A stretch of 64,000 bases of DNA. It comes from Thermoplasmata archaeon. Its GTDB lineage: Archaea > Thermoplasmatota > Thermoplasmata > Lutacidiplasmatales > UBA184. Location: assembly GCA_022750115.1 (NCBI GenBank), contig JAKIWI010000003.1, positions 175,948-239,947 on the forward strand. The letters are read 5' to 3'. The position numbers were made by a program, and so were the translations under genes. A model generated the notes under the pieces. That model worked only from the letters and a program-made list of their open reading frames with translations, was not told where the DNA came from and did no database searches. Positions within the stretch are counted from its first letter, which is position 1; every line of letters starts with the position of its first letter. Positions 55,939-64,000 of the stretch are shown here, piece after piece.

Positions 55939-57609
55939 TCAGACCGCGAGGAGCAACTGCTCCAGGAGGCCGACTGGCGGGGCGCCGGTGGAGAGGAGCC
56001 GGTCGTGGAACGCCCGCTGGGAGCCGTGGAAGGTGGAGGCGAGCAGCCGGCGGCGCGCGTCGAGGATCCGCAACTTCCCGAGGGTGTAGCAGTAGTACTC
56101 CGGGTTGAATGTGCCGCGGATCGCCTCGCGTTCGGCGGGCAGGCGCTCGAAGTGCGCCCGGTCGATGAACAGCTGCGTCGCCTCCTCCACCGACATCCCG
56201 CCCGTGTGGAGCCCGATCGATGCGAGGAGCCGGCAGTCGCGCAGCAACGCGTCGTGGAGCTGGGCCGCCTCCGCCTGCCAGCCGCCGGCGTCGAGGCCGG
56301 CCTCGATCGCGAGCTGCTCGCAGTAGTGCGCCCACCCTTCCGTGAACGACGGGGAGAGGTACACCTTCCGAGCGAGGGAGCCCGTCGAGTGCCGGAAGTG
56401 CAGGAACTGGAGGTAGTGGCCCGGGAACACCTCGTGGATGGTGATGTTCTTCAGCATCGGCCGGTTCAGCGAGCGCAGCCACTCCTCCTGGCGCGCGGGG
56501 GTCCAGGCGGCGTCGACCGGAGTCACGTAGTAGATCCCCTCCTCCCCGCCCACATCGAACGGGCCGGGCGGGTTCATGCTCGCGGTGGAGAGCGCGCGAC
56601 CGTACGACGGCGTCTCCTCGACCCGGCAGATCGCAGGTTCGGGGATCGTGACGAGGTCGTGGGAGCGGACGAACTCCTTCGCCTCCGCGACGAACGCCTG
56701 CGCCGTCGGGATGAGCTCGGCCGCGCTCGAATGGTCGAGGAACAGCGTCTCGAACCGCGCATGGACGTTCGCGGCGCCCCCCGAGATCTCCTCGAGGCGC
56801 GCCTGGTTGCGCAGCCGGTCGGCCTCTCCCTCCCGCCGGATCTCCTCGAACGGCGTGCGAATGCCCTCGCGCACCCACAGGAGCCGCTGGTAGCGCTCCG
56901 GGCCTAGCGCGAAGTCGTCCGTCGCCTTCGGGAGCCACTCGTTCCGGATCCGGTCGAGGAAGTCGGTGACGGCCGCCTCCGCTGGCTCGCGGGCCCGCTT
57001 CACAGCGTCGCCGAGGGCCGGAGAGGACGAACGCGCGAAGGCCTCGGCCTCCGCGAAATGGGTCGGTAGCCCGCCGCCGATGGCGAGCGAGAGCGTCAGG
57101 AACGGCTTCGGGAGCGCGACCTCGAGCCGTCGACGGCCGTCGTCGAGGAGCCGCGGGGCGGCCTCGAGGGTGCGGACGATCGCGCCGACCCGGTCGGCGA
57201 CCGGCGCATAGGCCCGGACCATGTACGAGGTGAGCGAGATGCCGCCGACGTAGACCATCGGGTTCCGGTCGAGGTCGCGGCTCTCGAGGATGTCGAACCG
57301 GGGCGACTCGAGCAGGAGCTCGAGCAGCATTCGGTCGATCGCACGGGCCTCGGACAGCTCGGTCGCCGGCGTGCCGCGGAGTCGGGCGAGGAGGCGGTCG
57401 ACGCCCTCGACCCATCGGTCGGTCGCGGTCCGCGAGAGCTCCGGGACGCGCCCGTCGTAGTCGTGGAGGCCGAGGAAGACGGCGTAGCCGGGCTGGAGGG
57501 TGAAGAAGTGATCGACGACGTCGCGCTCGAGCCGGTCGAACTCCGTCGACGTCCCGCCCGCCCCCTGGTGCTCGGCCATGCTGAGGGGAGAACGGAAGGG
57601 GCACTCCAT
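55939..57609 (-). CDS. DUF885-family metallopeptidase-like protein
   Basis: HEVFPGHYLQF (HExxxGH-type zinc motif) in a ~550-aa alpha-helical protein; chosen over overlapping frame 55706..57604. Confidence 0.6.
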   Translation of the reverse strand: MECPFRSPLSMAEHQGAGGTSTEFDRLERDVVDHFFTLQPGYAVFLGLHDYDGRVPELSRTATDRWVEGVDRLLARLRGTPATELSEARAIDRMLLELLLESPRFDILESRDLDRNPMVYVGGISLTSYMVRAYAPVADRVGAIVRTLEAAPRLLDDGRRRLEVALPKPFLTLSLAIGGGLPTHFAEAEAFARSSSPALGDAVKRAREPAEAAVTDFLDRIRNEWLPKATDDFALGPERYQRLLWVREGIRTPFEEIRREGEADRLRNQARLEEISGGAANVHARFETLFLDHSSAAELIPTAQAFVAEAKEFVRSHDLVTIPEPAICRVEETPSYGRALSTASMNPPGPFDVGGEEGIYYVTPVDAAWTPARQEEWLRSLNRPMLKNITIHEVFPGHYLQFLHFRHSTGSLARKVYLSPSFTEGWAHYCEQLAIEAGLDAGGWQAEAAQLHDALLRDCRLLASIGLHTGGMSVEEATQLFIDRAHFERLPAEREAIRGTFNPEYYCYTLGKLRILDARRRLLASTFHGSQRAFHDRLLSTGAPPVGLLEQLLLAV

Positions 57610-57666
57610 ATCAGTCCGAGCCCCGCGGTGTCCGATTGGACACCGAATCGACGCCGGCTGGGGTCC

Positions 57667-58140
57667 CTAGTCGTTCCAGGTCATCCGACACGTCGGGCAG
57701 AACGACCCGCTCATCTCGGAGCCACAGAGGAAGCATCGCGTGGACCCGGCCAGAGGACGATGGGACGAGCCGCCCGCGGCCACATCGGCCTCGGGAAGTC
57801 GGGGCGGGGGCCCGATGGAGAGAGGTAGTTCAAGCGAGGGGCCGTCGAATGCGGGAGTCAGGGCGGGAGTCTCGGCCGAGGCCTGGGACTCCGCTCCTTC
57901 CGGGGACGACATCTCCTGGGCCGTCGAGGGTGACGTGGGTCCGAACTCCGACTCGGCATCGTCGGTCTCGGCCGGTTCCGGCTCACCGACGATGTCCGGG
58001 TCCCCATCGACTTCGGGCGCGCGGTGGGGGTAGATGTCGGGATCTCCGGAAGCCTCCTCGCCAACGGGTTCGCCCGCCCCGGCCTCCTCGCCCTCCTCCT
58101 TCGGCTTCCGGAGACGTAGCCGTCGGAACAGGCCGGCCAT
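57667..58140 (-). CDS. acidic hypothetical protein with C-terminal zinc ribbon
   Basis: Glu/Asp/Pro-rich body; C-terminal CFLCGSEMSGSFCPTC. Confidence 0.4.
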   Translation of the reverse strand: MAGLFRRLRLRKPKEEGEEAGAGEPVGEEASGDPDIYPHRAPEVDGDPDIVGEPEPAETDDAESEFGPTSPSTAQEMSSPEGAESQASAETPALTPAFDGPSLELPLSIGPPPRLPEADVAAGGSSHRPLAGSTRCFLCGSEMSGSFCPTCRMTWND

Positions 58141-58237
58141 CGGCCGCGGAATGTCCCTCGGAGTTTAGCGGCTTCGTTCGAGCTGCGCCTTCCATAGGAC
58201 AGCAGGCTTTTCTCGGCGCTCCGGGTCGCGCGCCTCG

Positions 58238-58702
58238 ATGCCGACCGGTCCGAGCGAGAAGTTGCGCGAGCTCGGGATCGCTCTTCCCCCACCGCCGAAA
58301 CCCGTCGGAGCCTACCGTCCGGTCGCCGTCGACGGAGACCACGCTTGGGTCTCCGGACAGATCCCGGTGGTCGACGGTCAGCCGCTCCACCCCGGCGTGG
58401 TCGGCCGCGACGTCACGGTCGATCAGGCGAAGGCGGGCGCGGAGCGCGCCGCCCTCCAGGCCCTGAGCGCCCTCCAGCACGAGCTCGGGGATCTCGACCG
58501 GGTCCGCCGGATCGTCCGCGTCGGAGTCTACGTGGCCTCGGCCCCCGATTTTGTCCGCCATGCCGACGTCGGGAACGGCGCGACAGAGCTCCTGGTCCGG
58601 GTGTTCGGCGACGACGGGCGGCCGGCCCGGGTCTCGATGGGGCTCGCCTCGCTCCCGCTCGGCGCCTGCGTCGAGGTCGAACTCCTCGCCCGAATTGCGT
58701 GA
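58238..58702 (+). CDS. RidA/YjgF-family protein
   Basis: 154 aa; LPPPPKPVGAYRPVAVDGDHAWVSGQIP N-terminus and C-terminal ...RVSMGLASLPLGACVEVE pattern of YjgF/chorismate-mutase-like fold. Confidence 0.7.
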   Translation: MPTGPSEKLRELGIALPPPPKPVGAYRPVAVDGDHAWVSGQIPVVDGQPLHPGVVGRDVTVDQAKAGAERAALQALSALQHELGDLDRVRRIVRVGVYVASAPDFVRHADVGNGATELLVRVFGDDGRPARVSMGLASLPLGACVEVELLARIA

Positions 58703-58712
58703 GGGTCGAGCG

Positions 58713-59363
58713 GTGGACGCGACGGAGTGGCCGGGCGTCTACCGCATCGGCCGCGACCTCTACACGCGGAACGCCGTCCCCGGCGAGTCCGTGTACGGCG
58801 AAGACCTCCGCTCCGAATCCGGCACCGAGTACCGTCGGTGGGATCCGTGGCGCTCGAAGCTCGCGGCGTACCTCGCGAACGGCGCCCCGGCGCCGCTCTG
58901 GCCCGGCGTTCGGACGGTCCTCTACCTCGGCGCGGCGCATGGGACGACGGTGAGCCACCTTTCCGATGCGCTCCCGGACGCGATGGTGTTCGCCGTCGAG
59001 AAGAGCCCGCCCGTGTTCGCTCCACTGCTGGCGCTCGCCCGACGCCGCCGCAACATCGTGCCGATCCTCGCCGATGCGCAGCTTCCCGAGCGCTACGCCG
59101 CGGACGTGGGACCGGTCGACCTCCTCGTCCAGGACGTCGCGCAACGCGACCAGAGCCGCATCTACCGGGAGAACGCTGCGGCGTGCCGGGCCAAGCGCGG
59201 AATCCTGATGTTGAAGATCCGGTCCGTCACCCAGCGGCTCCCTCCGAACCGGGTCGTCCGGCAGTCGCGCCACGAGCTCGATGCGGCGGGGCTCAAGGTC
59301 GGCGAGGGAGTCGACCTGGGACCGTTCTCGCGCGAGCACGTCGCCCTGTCGACCGGCGTCTAG
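58713..59363 (+). CDS. flpA: fibrillarin-like rRNA/tRNA 2'-O-methyltransferase
   Basis: YRRWDPWRSKLAA, VLYLGAAHGTTVSHLSD, VFAVEKSP, NIVPILADAQLPERYA, LLVQDVAQRDQ blocks align with archaeal fibrillarin; GTG start assumed after RidA stop. Confidence 0.85.
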   Translation: MDATEWPGVYRIGRDLYTRNAVPGESVYGEDLRSESGTEYRRWDPWRSKLAAYLANGAPAPLWPGVRTVLYLGAAHGTTVSHLSDALPDAMVFAVEKSPPVFAPLLALARRRRNIVPILADAQLPERYAADVGPVDLLVQDVAQRDQSRIYRENAAACRAKRGILMLKIRSVTQRLPPNRVVRQSRHELDAAGLKVGEGVDLGPFSREHVALSTGV

Positions 59364-59426
59364 CCATCGTTCATCGTTCGGCCGGAGGTTCCGGTCAAAG
59401 TAGTTCCTTCCCCGCTCGGTTCGACG

Positions 59427-61217
59427 GTGGTTGCTGTGCGAACGCTCTCGTCGCGCACCGTGGACGTCTCTGTCGCCGCAATGGTCGTCGCGCTCCTGAC
59501 CCTCTCCGGGGGTCTCGGGATCGATCCCTCGTCCTCGGGTCTCCCGACCCATCGCGGGAGCTCGGCGCCGAACTCCCCGGTCGACCTTCCTCCTCCGCAT
59601 TCTCCGCAAGCTCCACCGACCAGCTCGGCGGGGATCGCTCTACCGACCGCTCGATCAACGTCCGCTCGCGCCCTGCCGATGTCGCGCGACCTCGCGGCGA
59701 GCGGCCAGTCGAGTGACGGGTTGACCGTCGCCATCGTCCGGCCACCGGTCGACATCGACGTTCGGGCGAACGTCACGCTCACCGGAGTCGCGCTCGGCGG
59801 CGTGGGGCCGTACGACGCGTTCTGGAGCATGGCGACGGGCGAGGTCAGCCCGGGCTGGTCGATCGGATGGACCGCGCCCGACCAGCCCACCCGGGTGTTC
59901 GCCCTGTTCGAGGTTCGCGATCACCAAGGCTCCGTGGCGGAGGTCCAAGCACCGATCTCCGTGGTGGCGACCCCGTTCCTGGAGCTGTCCGGGCTCGGCG
60001 CGGTCGGGGACGTCGGAGTCCCGTTCCTCTTCTCGGTGAACGTCACCGGAGGGGTCGGTCCGTTCGATGTGACGTGCTCCGTCGTCGATGGAGCGTCGAA
60101 CGAGACCACCGCCGCTCCCTCCGACGGCCGGTTCACGGCCGCCGTGGTACCCGACACACCGGGACCGGTGTGGGTCGTCGGAACGGTCACCGACGCCGAC
60201 GGTCGCAGCTTCTCGGCCGTGACGCCGATCGGCCGCGCGACGCCCCCTCCGGTGCTGTCGATGGCGAATGTCCCGTTCGCGGAGGTCGGTTACGTTACGT
60301 CCCTCCCACTCGCGGTCGCCGAAGGGACCCCCCCGTTCGCGTGGTCAGTCACGGTCGCCCCGGGGGTCTCGGCGGTCACGCCCGCGACCGGGACCCTCGC
60401 CTCCGACGGCGCGATCCCGCTCTCCGCGACGTTCGATGAGGTCGGGCTCTTCTCGATCCCAGTCGCCCTCGTGGATGCGTCCGGCGTGTCGGTCGCGACG
60501 AACCTGACCGTGAACGTCTCGGCCGGCCTCAACCTCACGATCGCTCCCGGCGCGAGCCCCTCGGTCGTCGGGTCGCCCCTCCCGCTCCGGGCCACGATCT
60601 CCGGTGGTCTTCCTCCCTACGAGTACCGGATCGCCCTGTCGGACAACGAGCTCTCCGAAGGGAACATCTCGCAGGTCGGTCCGATCGATTGGACGGCGAC
60701 GCCGGTCGTCGCGGGCTACCTCACCGTGCATGCCTCGGTCCGGGACAGCACCGGTCGGGTCGCGAACGTCACCTTCACCGTTTACGTCGCTCCGGCCGGC
60801 GCGGTCCTCTCCGGTGTCGCTCCCGGATCGGCGACGGGGACGCTCGCCGCGCTCGCGGCCGCCGGAGGCTCCGTCGCCGCACTCGTTGGCGCCTTCCTGT
60901 TCCGCCGCTGGTGGCACCGCCGGTCGCCCAACTTGCCCAAACCCTCGCCGGATGGGCCGGGCCATACCGTCGTTCGGGAGCTCCTCGCGGAGGCCGAGGA
61001 CGGGCTCGACCGCTCCACGCTCGAGCTCCTCGCCGAGGAGCGCCACATCTCCGCTGCGGAGCTCACCGCCGGGATCGCCGCCTGGCAGCGCGCCGGCCGC
61101 GTCCGGGTCGACGACGACGGGGACGGGCGCCAGGTCGTCCGGTGGGTGCCGCCAACGGCCTCCGACCCGGACCTGGGCTCGGCCCCCGCCGGGAAGGCGG
61201 ACGAGGAGGCGCTGTGA
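59427..61217 (+). CDS. surface protein with signal peptide, 4+ PKD/Ig-like repeats, TM anchor and ~100-aa cytoplasmic helical (winged-helix-like) tail
   Basis: GGVGPYDAFWS, GGVGPFDVTCSV, EGTPPFAWSVTV, GGLPPYEYRIAL repeat cores; anchor LAALAAAGGSVAALVGAFLF then RRWWHRR; tail ...TVVRELLAEAEDGLDRSTLELLAEERHISAAELTAGIAAWQRAGRVRV. Confidence 0.6.
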   Translation: MVAVRTLSSRTVDVSVAAMVVALLTLSGGLGIDPSSSGLPTHRGSSAPNSPVDLPPPHSPQAPPTSSAGIALPTARSTSARALPMSRDLAASGQSSDGLTVAIVRPPVDIDVRANVTLTGVALGGVGPYDAFWSMATGEVSPGWSIGWTAPDQPTRVFALFEVRDHQGSVAEVQAPISVVATPFLELSGLGAVGDVGVPFLFSVNVTGGVGPFDVTCSVVDGASNETTAAPSDGRFTAAVVPDTPGPVWVVGTVTDADGRSFSAVTPIGRATPPPVLSMANVPFAEVGYVTSLPLAVAEGTPPFAWSVTVAPGVSAVTPATGTLASDGAIPLSATFDEVGLFSIPVALVDASGVSVATNLTVNVSAGLNLTIAPGASPSVVGSPLPLRATISGGLPPYEYRIALSDNELSEGNISQVGPIDWTATPVVAGYLTVHASVRDSTGRVANVTFTVYVAPAGAVLSGVAPGSATGTLAALAAAGGSVAALVGAFLFRRWWHRRSPNLPKPSPDGPGHTVVRELLAEAEDGLDRSTLELLAEERHISAAELTAGIAAWQRAGRVRVDDDGDGRQVVRWVPPTASDPDLGSAPAGKADEEAL

Positions 61218-61591
61218 GCGCCTTCGGCGGATCGGTCGGCCTGCTGCTCGTCAGCGTCGTTCTGTTGGCCGGATTCGCCCCGCTGGGCGGGACCGGCGCC
61301 CCACGGTCGGCGCCCCCGAACGAGCTCCGCTCCGCCGTGTCGAACGGTTCGGCGGTCGGCAACTTCTCCGCGGTCGTCGCCCGCATCGTCGTCCTGCTCG
61401 GCGCCGCGGGCGGCGGCCTGCTCGCGATCGTCTGGGCACGCGTGGCGCTGTCGTGGTTCTCGAACGATGTGACGAAGAAGATCCAGGCGAAGGACCGCGC
61501 CCGCGACGCGCTCGTCGGGACCCTCCTGTTCTCGGCGGCGCTCTCCGGGCTCATCTGGGGGCTCGCCCGCTGGGTGCTGACCGGCAGCTAG
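61214..61591 (+). CDS. small membrane protein (signal/TM + two TM), VirB2/TrbC/CedA1-like by architecture only
   Basis: 125 aa; GTG start overlapping upstream stop; hydrophobic segments GGSVGLLLVSVVLLAGFAPLGG, IVVLLGAAGGGLLAIVWARVALSWF, LVGTLLFSAALSGLIWGLARWVL. Confidence 0.4.
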   Translation: MSAFGGSVGLLLVSVVLLAGFAPLGGTGAPRSAPPNELRSAVSNGSAVGNFSAVVARIVVLLGAAGGGLLAIVWARVALSWFSNDVTKKIQAKDRARDALVGTLLFSAALSGLIWGLARWVLTGS

Positions 61592-61603
61592 CGGGGGTCG
61601 AGC

Positions 61604-62740
61604 ATGACCTCCGTCTCGGACGCCGTCAACGCGGTCCTGTTCGCGCTGTTCGCCGCGCTGACGGCGGCGCTGTGGGCCGTGACGCTCCCGACCTACAACG
61701 ACCTCCTGGTTCCGGAGATGCAGCCGTCGTCCCTCTACCCTCCGCTGCTCGGCGGCGGGGCGGGGGGGAGCTCGTTCCTCGCCCTCGCGGCGCCGTTCTC
61801 CGCGTACCTCGTCGCGAACGTCGTCGACCCGTCGGTCGCGCTCGTCGTGCTCGCCCTCGGGGCGGTCTACCTCGCGCGGGCGGTGACGACGACGACCCGC
61901 GCGCGCCTCGAGGGACTCCTCCCGCGCCTCGTCGTCGCGGTCGTGCTCGCGAACGTCGTGGTGCCCGTCGCCGCGGCGATCCTCGACGTCGCGGGAGCGA
62001 TGTACCCCGTCGTCGCGAACTTCGACGGCGGTGCCTGGGAGTCGTGGGGCAACCTCGCCGGTACGGGCGGGCTGCGGTTTTCCTGGGACAACGGGCTCCT
62101 CGCCTTCGTCGTCTCGTTCGCGTTGTTCTCGCTCGTGCTGCTCCTCGCCTTCGCCGTCGCGGCGCGCGATGCGCTGCTCGCCGTGCTGATCGTCCTCCTC
62201 CCGCTGTTCACCCTCCTCGGCCCGATCCCCCCGCTCGCGCCGCTCGCCCGGCGGTCGTGGATCCTGTTCGGCGAGCTCGCCTTCGTGCCGATCGTCGTCG
62301 TCGTCCCGCTCGAGCTCGCCGTCGGCGCGCCGTCGATCCTGTTGCTCGTCGCCTACCTCGGCGTCGCCGTCGGAGCGCCGTCGCTCCTCAGCGTCGCCGG
62401 CACCCAACTCGGCCGGCTCGGGTTCCCGTCCGGCGGCTCCGCCCTCACGGGGGGCGTCGAGCGGGGGCTGGGAGCGGCGTCGGTCGGAGTGACCTCGCTC
62501 GCGCGACCGTTCGGCTCCGTCGTGCGCTCCTCGCCCCGCGGGAAGGTCGCGGTCGACGCGGGCCGCGCCCTCGCGCGCGTCCCGATCCCGTACGCCGCCC
62601 CGCTGCTCGCCGCCGAAGGGCTGGGACGCGGCGCGGAAGCGCTGTTCCGGCACATCTCCGACGCGCGCCTCTCGCTCGCGTCCCACCGGTTCGGCGGGGT
62701 TGACGCCGGCCATCCCGAACACCTGTCGGACCACCGGTGA
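61604..62740 (+). CDS. polytopic membrane protein (VirB6/TrbL/CedA-like by architecture only)
   Basis: 378 aa, ~7-8 TM helices, Ala/Leu/Val-rich; 12 bp after previous gene. Confidence 0.45.
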   Translation: MTSVSDAVNAVLFALFAALTAALWAVTLPTYNDLLVPEMQPSSLYPPLLGGGAGGSSFLALAAPFSAYLVANVVDPSVALVVLALGAVYLARAVTTTTRARLEGLLPRLVVAVVLANVVVPVAAAILDVAGAMYPVVANFDGGAWESWGNLAGTGGLRFSWDNGLLAFVVSFALFSLVLLLAFAVAARDALLAVLIVLLPLFTLLGPIPPLAPLARRSWILFGELAFVPIVVVVPLELAVGAPSILLLVAYLGVAVGAPSLLSVAGTQLGRLGFPSGGSALTGGVERGLGAASVGVTSLARPFGSVVRSSPRGKVAVDAGRALARVPIPYAAPLLAAEGLGRGAEALFRHISDARLSLASHRFGGVDAGHPEHLSDHR

Positions 62741-63512
62741 GATCGTGGCCGACGGAGTCTCCCCGAGCGTTTCGATCCCGCTCCCCCGGCCGGTCGACCG
62801 ACGTCTCCACCTCGGGCCGTTCCCCTCGGCGCGCGACGCGCTAAAGTTCGCCGGCTACGCCTGCGCCGGCCTGGTCGCCGTCCCCTTGGCGGGCCCCGCG
62901 GCCGTCGTCCCGTTCGCCGGGCTCGGGTTCCTCCTGGCGGTCTACCGGCGGGACGGGCGCGCGCTCGACGACCGGGTCGCCGGCTACCTCGCCTGGCGAT
63001 GGCGGCGCCGGTTGCGCCACCGACCCTCGGGGGACGCCGGGTCGACCTCGGCCGGCGCCACCGCTCTCGTCGGCGGCGGCCGGGTCGCGGCCGTCGTGCG
63101 GGCGGGGGGAGTGCCGGTCGCGTTCCTCCCGCCGGACGACGCCCGGTCGTTGTTCGAGGGGACCCGTCGGTGGCTCGATGCGCTCGACGGAGGGGTCTAC
63201 CTCGTCGCCGACGCGACGCCGTTCCGGGCGGCGCCGTTCCGGCCGAAGGCGGCGGCGGGACCCGCCGACCGCGCGGCGCGCGACGGCTACGACGAGGTCG
63301 TCCGACTCCTCCTGCGTCGCCGCCGGGCGCGACGGGTCGCGGTCGTGCTCTGGGAGCCGGCCGACCCCGCCGGCGTCGCGCGACTGGAGGGGCGGGTCCA
63401 GGCGACCAGCGAGGCGCTGCGGGGGCTCGGACTAGCGACCGAGCGGCTTCGGGGCGCGGAACTCCGGTCGGACCTGGCGCGACTTGCGCTCTCGGGGGGG
63501 AACGGACGGTGA
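62700..63512 (+). CDS. hypothetical protein with N-terminal TM hairpin and Arg-rich soluble domain
   Basis: TTG/ATG start ambiguity; FAGYACAGLVAVPLAGPAAVVPFAGLGFLLAVY TM hairpin; overlaps previous gene by ~40 nt. Confidence 0.35.
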   Translation: MTPAIPNTCRTTGEIVADGVSPSVSIPLPRPVDRRLHLGPFPSARDALKFAGYACAGLVAVPLAGPAAVVPFAGLGFLLAVYRRDGRALDDRVAGYLAWRWRRRLRHRPSGDAGSTSAGATALVGGGRVAAVVRAGGVPVAFLPPDDARSLFEGTRRWLDALDGGVYLVADATPFRAAPFRPKAAAGPADRAARDGYDEVVRLLLRRRRARRVAVVLWEPADPAGVARLEGRVQATSEALRGLGLATERLRGAELRSDLARLALSGGNGR

Positions 63513-63859
63513 AGTGGATCGCGGCGTTGCATCTCCCCACCGGCATCGATGCCGTCGCCACGGCCGGCCTGTTCGGCGCGGTCGCCGGCGCGGCCTCGGT
63601 CGTCGAACCGTACTGGACGGGCCTCTCGGAGGCCCTCGCCACGGTCGCGGCCGTCGGATGGGTCGCCCGGGCCCGGACGGAGGCCGGCGTCCGGCGTCGG
63701 ACGTGGGTTCCGCCCGCGATCGCCGGCGTCGCGGTCGCCTTCGCCCTCGTCGCCCCCTCCCCGTGGAACGTCGGGCGCGGCCTCGGATTCGGCGGGGCGG
63801 CGGCTGTACTCGCCTGGGGCGCGCGGCGGGGCGTCCGGTTCGGGGAGGACGGAGCATGA
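63509..63859 (+). CDS. hypothetical small membrane protein
   Basis: GTG start overlapping stop; 3-4 hydrophobic segments; followed at 63856 by a new ORF start (MRDPPTHESPSFVV...) truncated by window end. Confidence 0.3.
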   Translation: MKWIAALHLPTGIDAVATAGLFGAVAGAASVVEPYWTGLSEALATVAAVGWVARARTEAGVRRRTWVPPAIAGVAVAFALVAPSPWNVGRGLGFGGAAAVLAWGARRGVRFGEDGA

Positions 63860-64000
63860 GGGACCCACCGACCCACGAGTCTCCGAGCTTCGTCGTCCGC
63901 CGCGGACGACTCGACGGACCCGTGCTCGTCCGCGTTCTCCCGAAGGAGGTGCCGTTCGGCTTCCTCTCCCGCCTCCTCCCGACGAGCAGGTCGTTCGAGG

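Noticed and set aside
55706-57604. 632-aa minus-strand ORF overlapping the DUF885 gene
   Set aside because: Alternative frame on the same strand. Pro/Arg/Gly-rich, whereas the 55939..57609 frame contains the HEVFPGH zinc motif.
60782-63876. Minus-strand ORFs 60782..62734 and 62353..63876
   Set aside because: Antisense shadows of the co-oriented plus-strand membrane-protein genes. Arg/Gly/Pro-rich.
1-64000. CRISPR arrays, rRNA genes, integrase or att sites
   Set aside because: No regularly spaced direct repeats, no rRNA-like conserved stretches and no tyrosine or serine recombinase motifs were seen. The only mobile-element signal is the IS630 remnant.

Overview
The window is a GC-rich archaeal chromosomal segment, read directly from the sequence (no database searches were run). 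Archaeal origin is supported by two tRNAs with anticodon-loop introns, ribosomal protein eS1, fibrillarin, an archaeal-type UMP kinase, FlaI/FlaJ-type pilus proteins, and surface proteins with dense N-glycosylation sequons.

Because of the high G+C, almost every gene has a long antisense or alternative-frame shadow ORF in the track. I called the strand and frame that carry recognisable motifs, signal peptides and coherent operon structure.

Recognisable housekeeping content:
- An M1 aminopeptidase, 5'-partial at the window edge.
- A hotdog thioesterase, a PaaA-like diiron oxygenase and a crotonase.
- A mevalonate-(di)phosphate decarboxylase homolog.
- rpiA, pyrH, adk and the eS1 gene.
- A complete pstSCAB-phoU operon with an AbrB-PhoU regulator.
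- Fibrillarin, RidA, and an SDR, LUD, DinB, DoxX, HxlR and DUF885 set.
- Three tRNAs: Tyr(GTA) and Met(CAT) with introns, and Gly(CCC).

Accessory or unusual content:
1. 10.8-17.2 kb: a type-IV-filament locus with a large glycosylated class-III-signal pilin, two paralogous FlaI/TadA-like ATPases, and two separate half-size TadB/TadC-like platform genes, followed by an orphan beta-class DNA methyltransferase.
2. 8.8-9.2 kb: an IS630-family transposase remnant sitting between tRNA-Tyr and tRNA-Gly.
3. 18.6-18.8 kb: a DUF1330 gene interrupted by an in-frame TAG at a conserved Trp position.
4. 25.8-29.7 kb: an AAA+ ATPase with a Cys4 insert, a vWA protein and a coiled-coil protein.
5. 22.8-25.7 kb and 34.1-43.5 kb: two very large Kelch/PKD surface proteins, a surface-anchored clan GH-A-like glycosidase, and a processive GT2 synthase, forming a putative surface-glycan module.
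6. Short AT-rich regulatory islands with direct repeats at about 33.0, 44.0 and 54.3 kb.
7. 54.4-55.9 kb: tandem paralogous membrane proteins of unknown family.
8. 59.4-64.0 kb: a PKD surface protein with a cytoplasmic tail, a small VirB2/CedA1-like membrane protein and a polytopic VirB6/CedA-like protein. This may be a DNA-transfer or secretion-like membrane module that continues past the window end.

Coordinates from manual counting may be off by one to two nucleotides in places.
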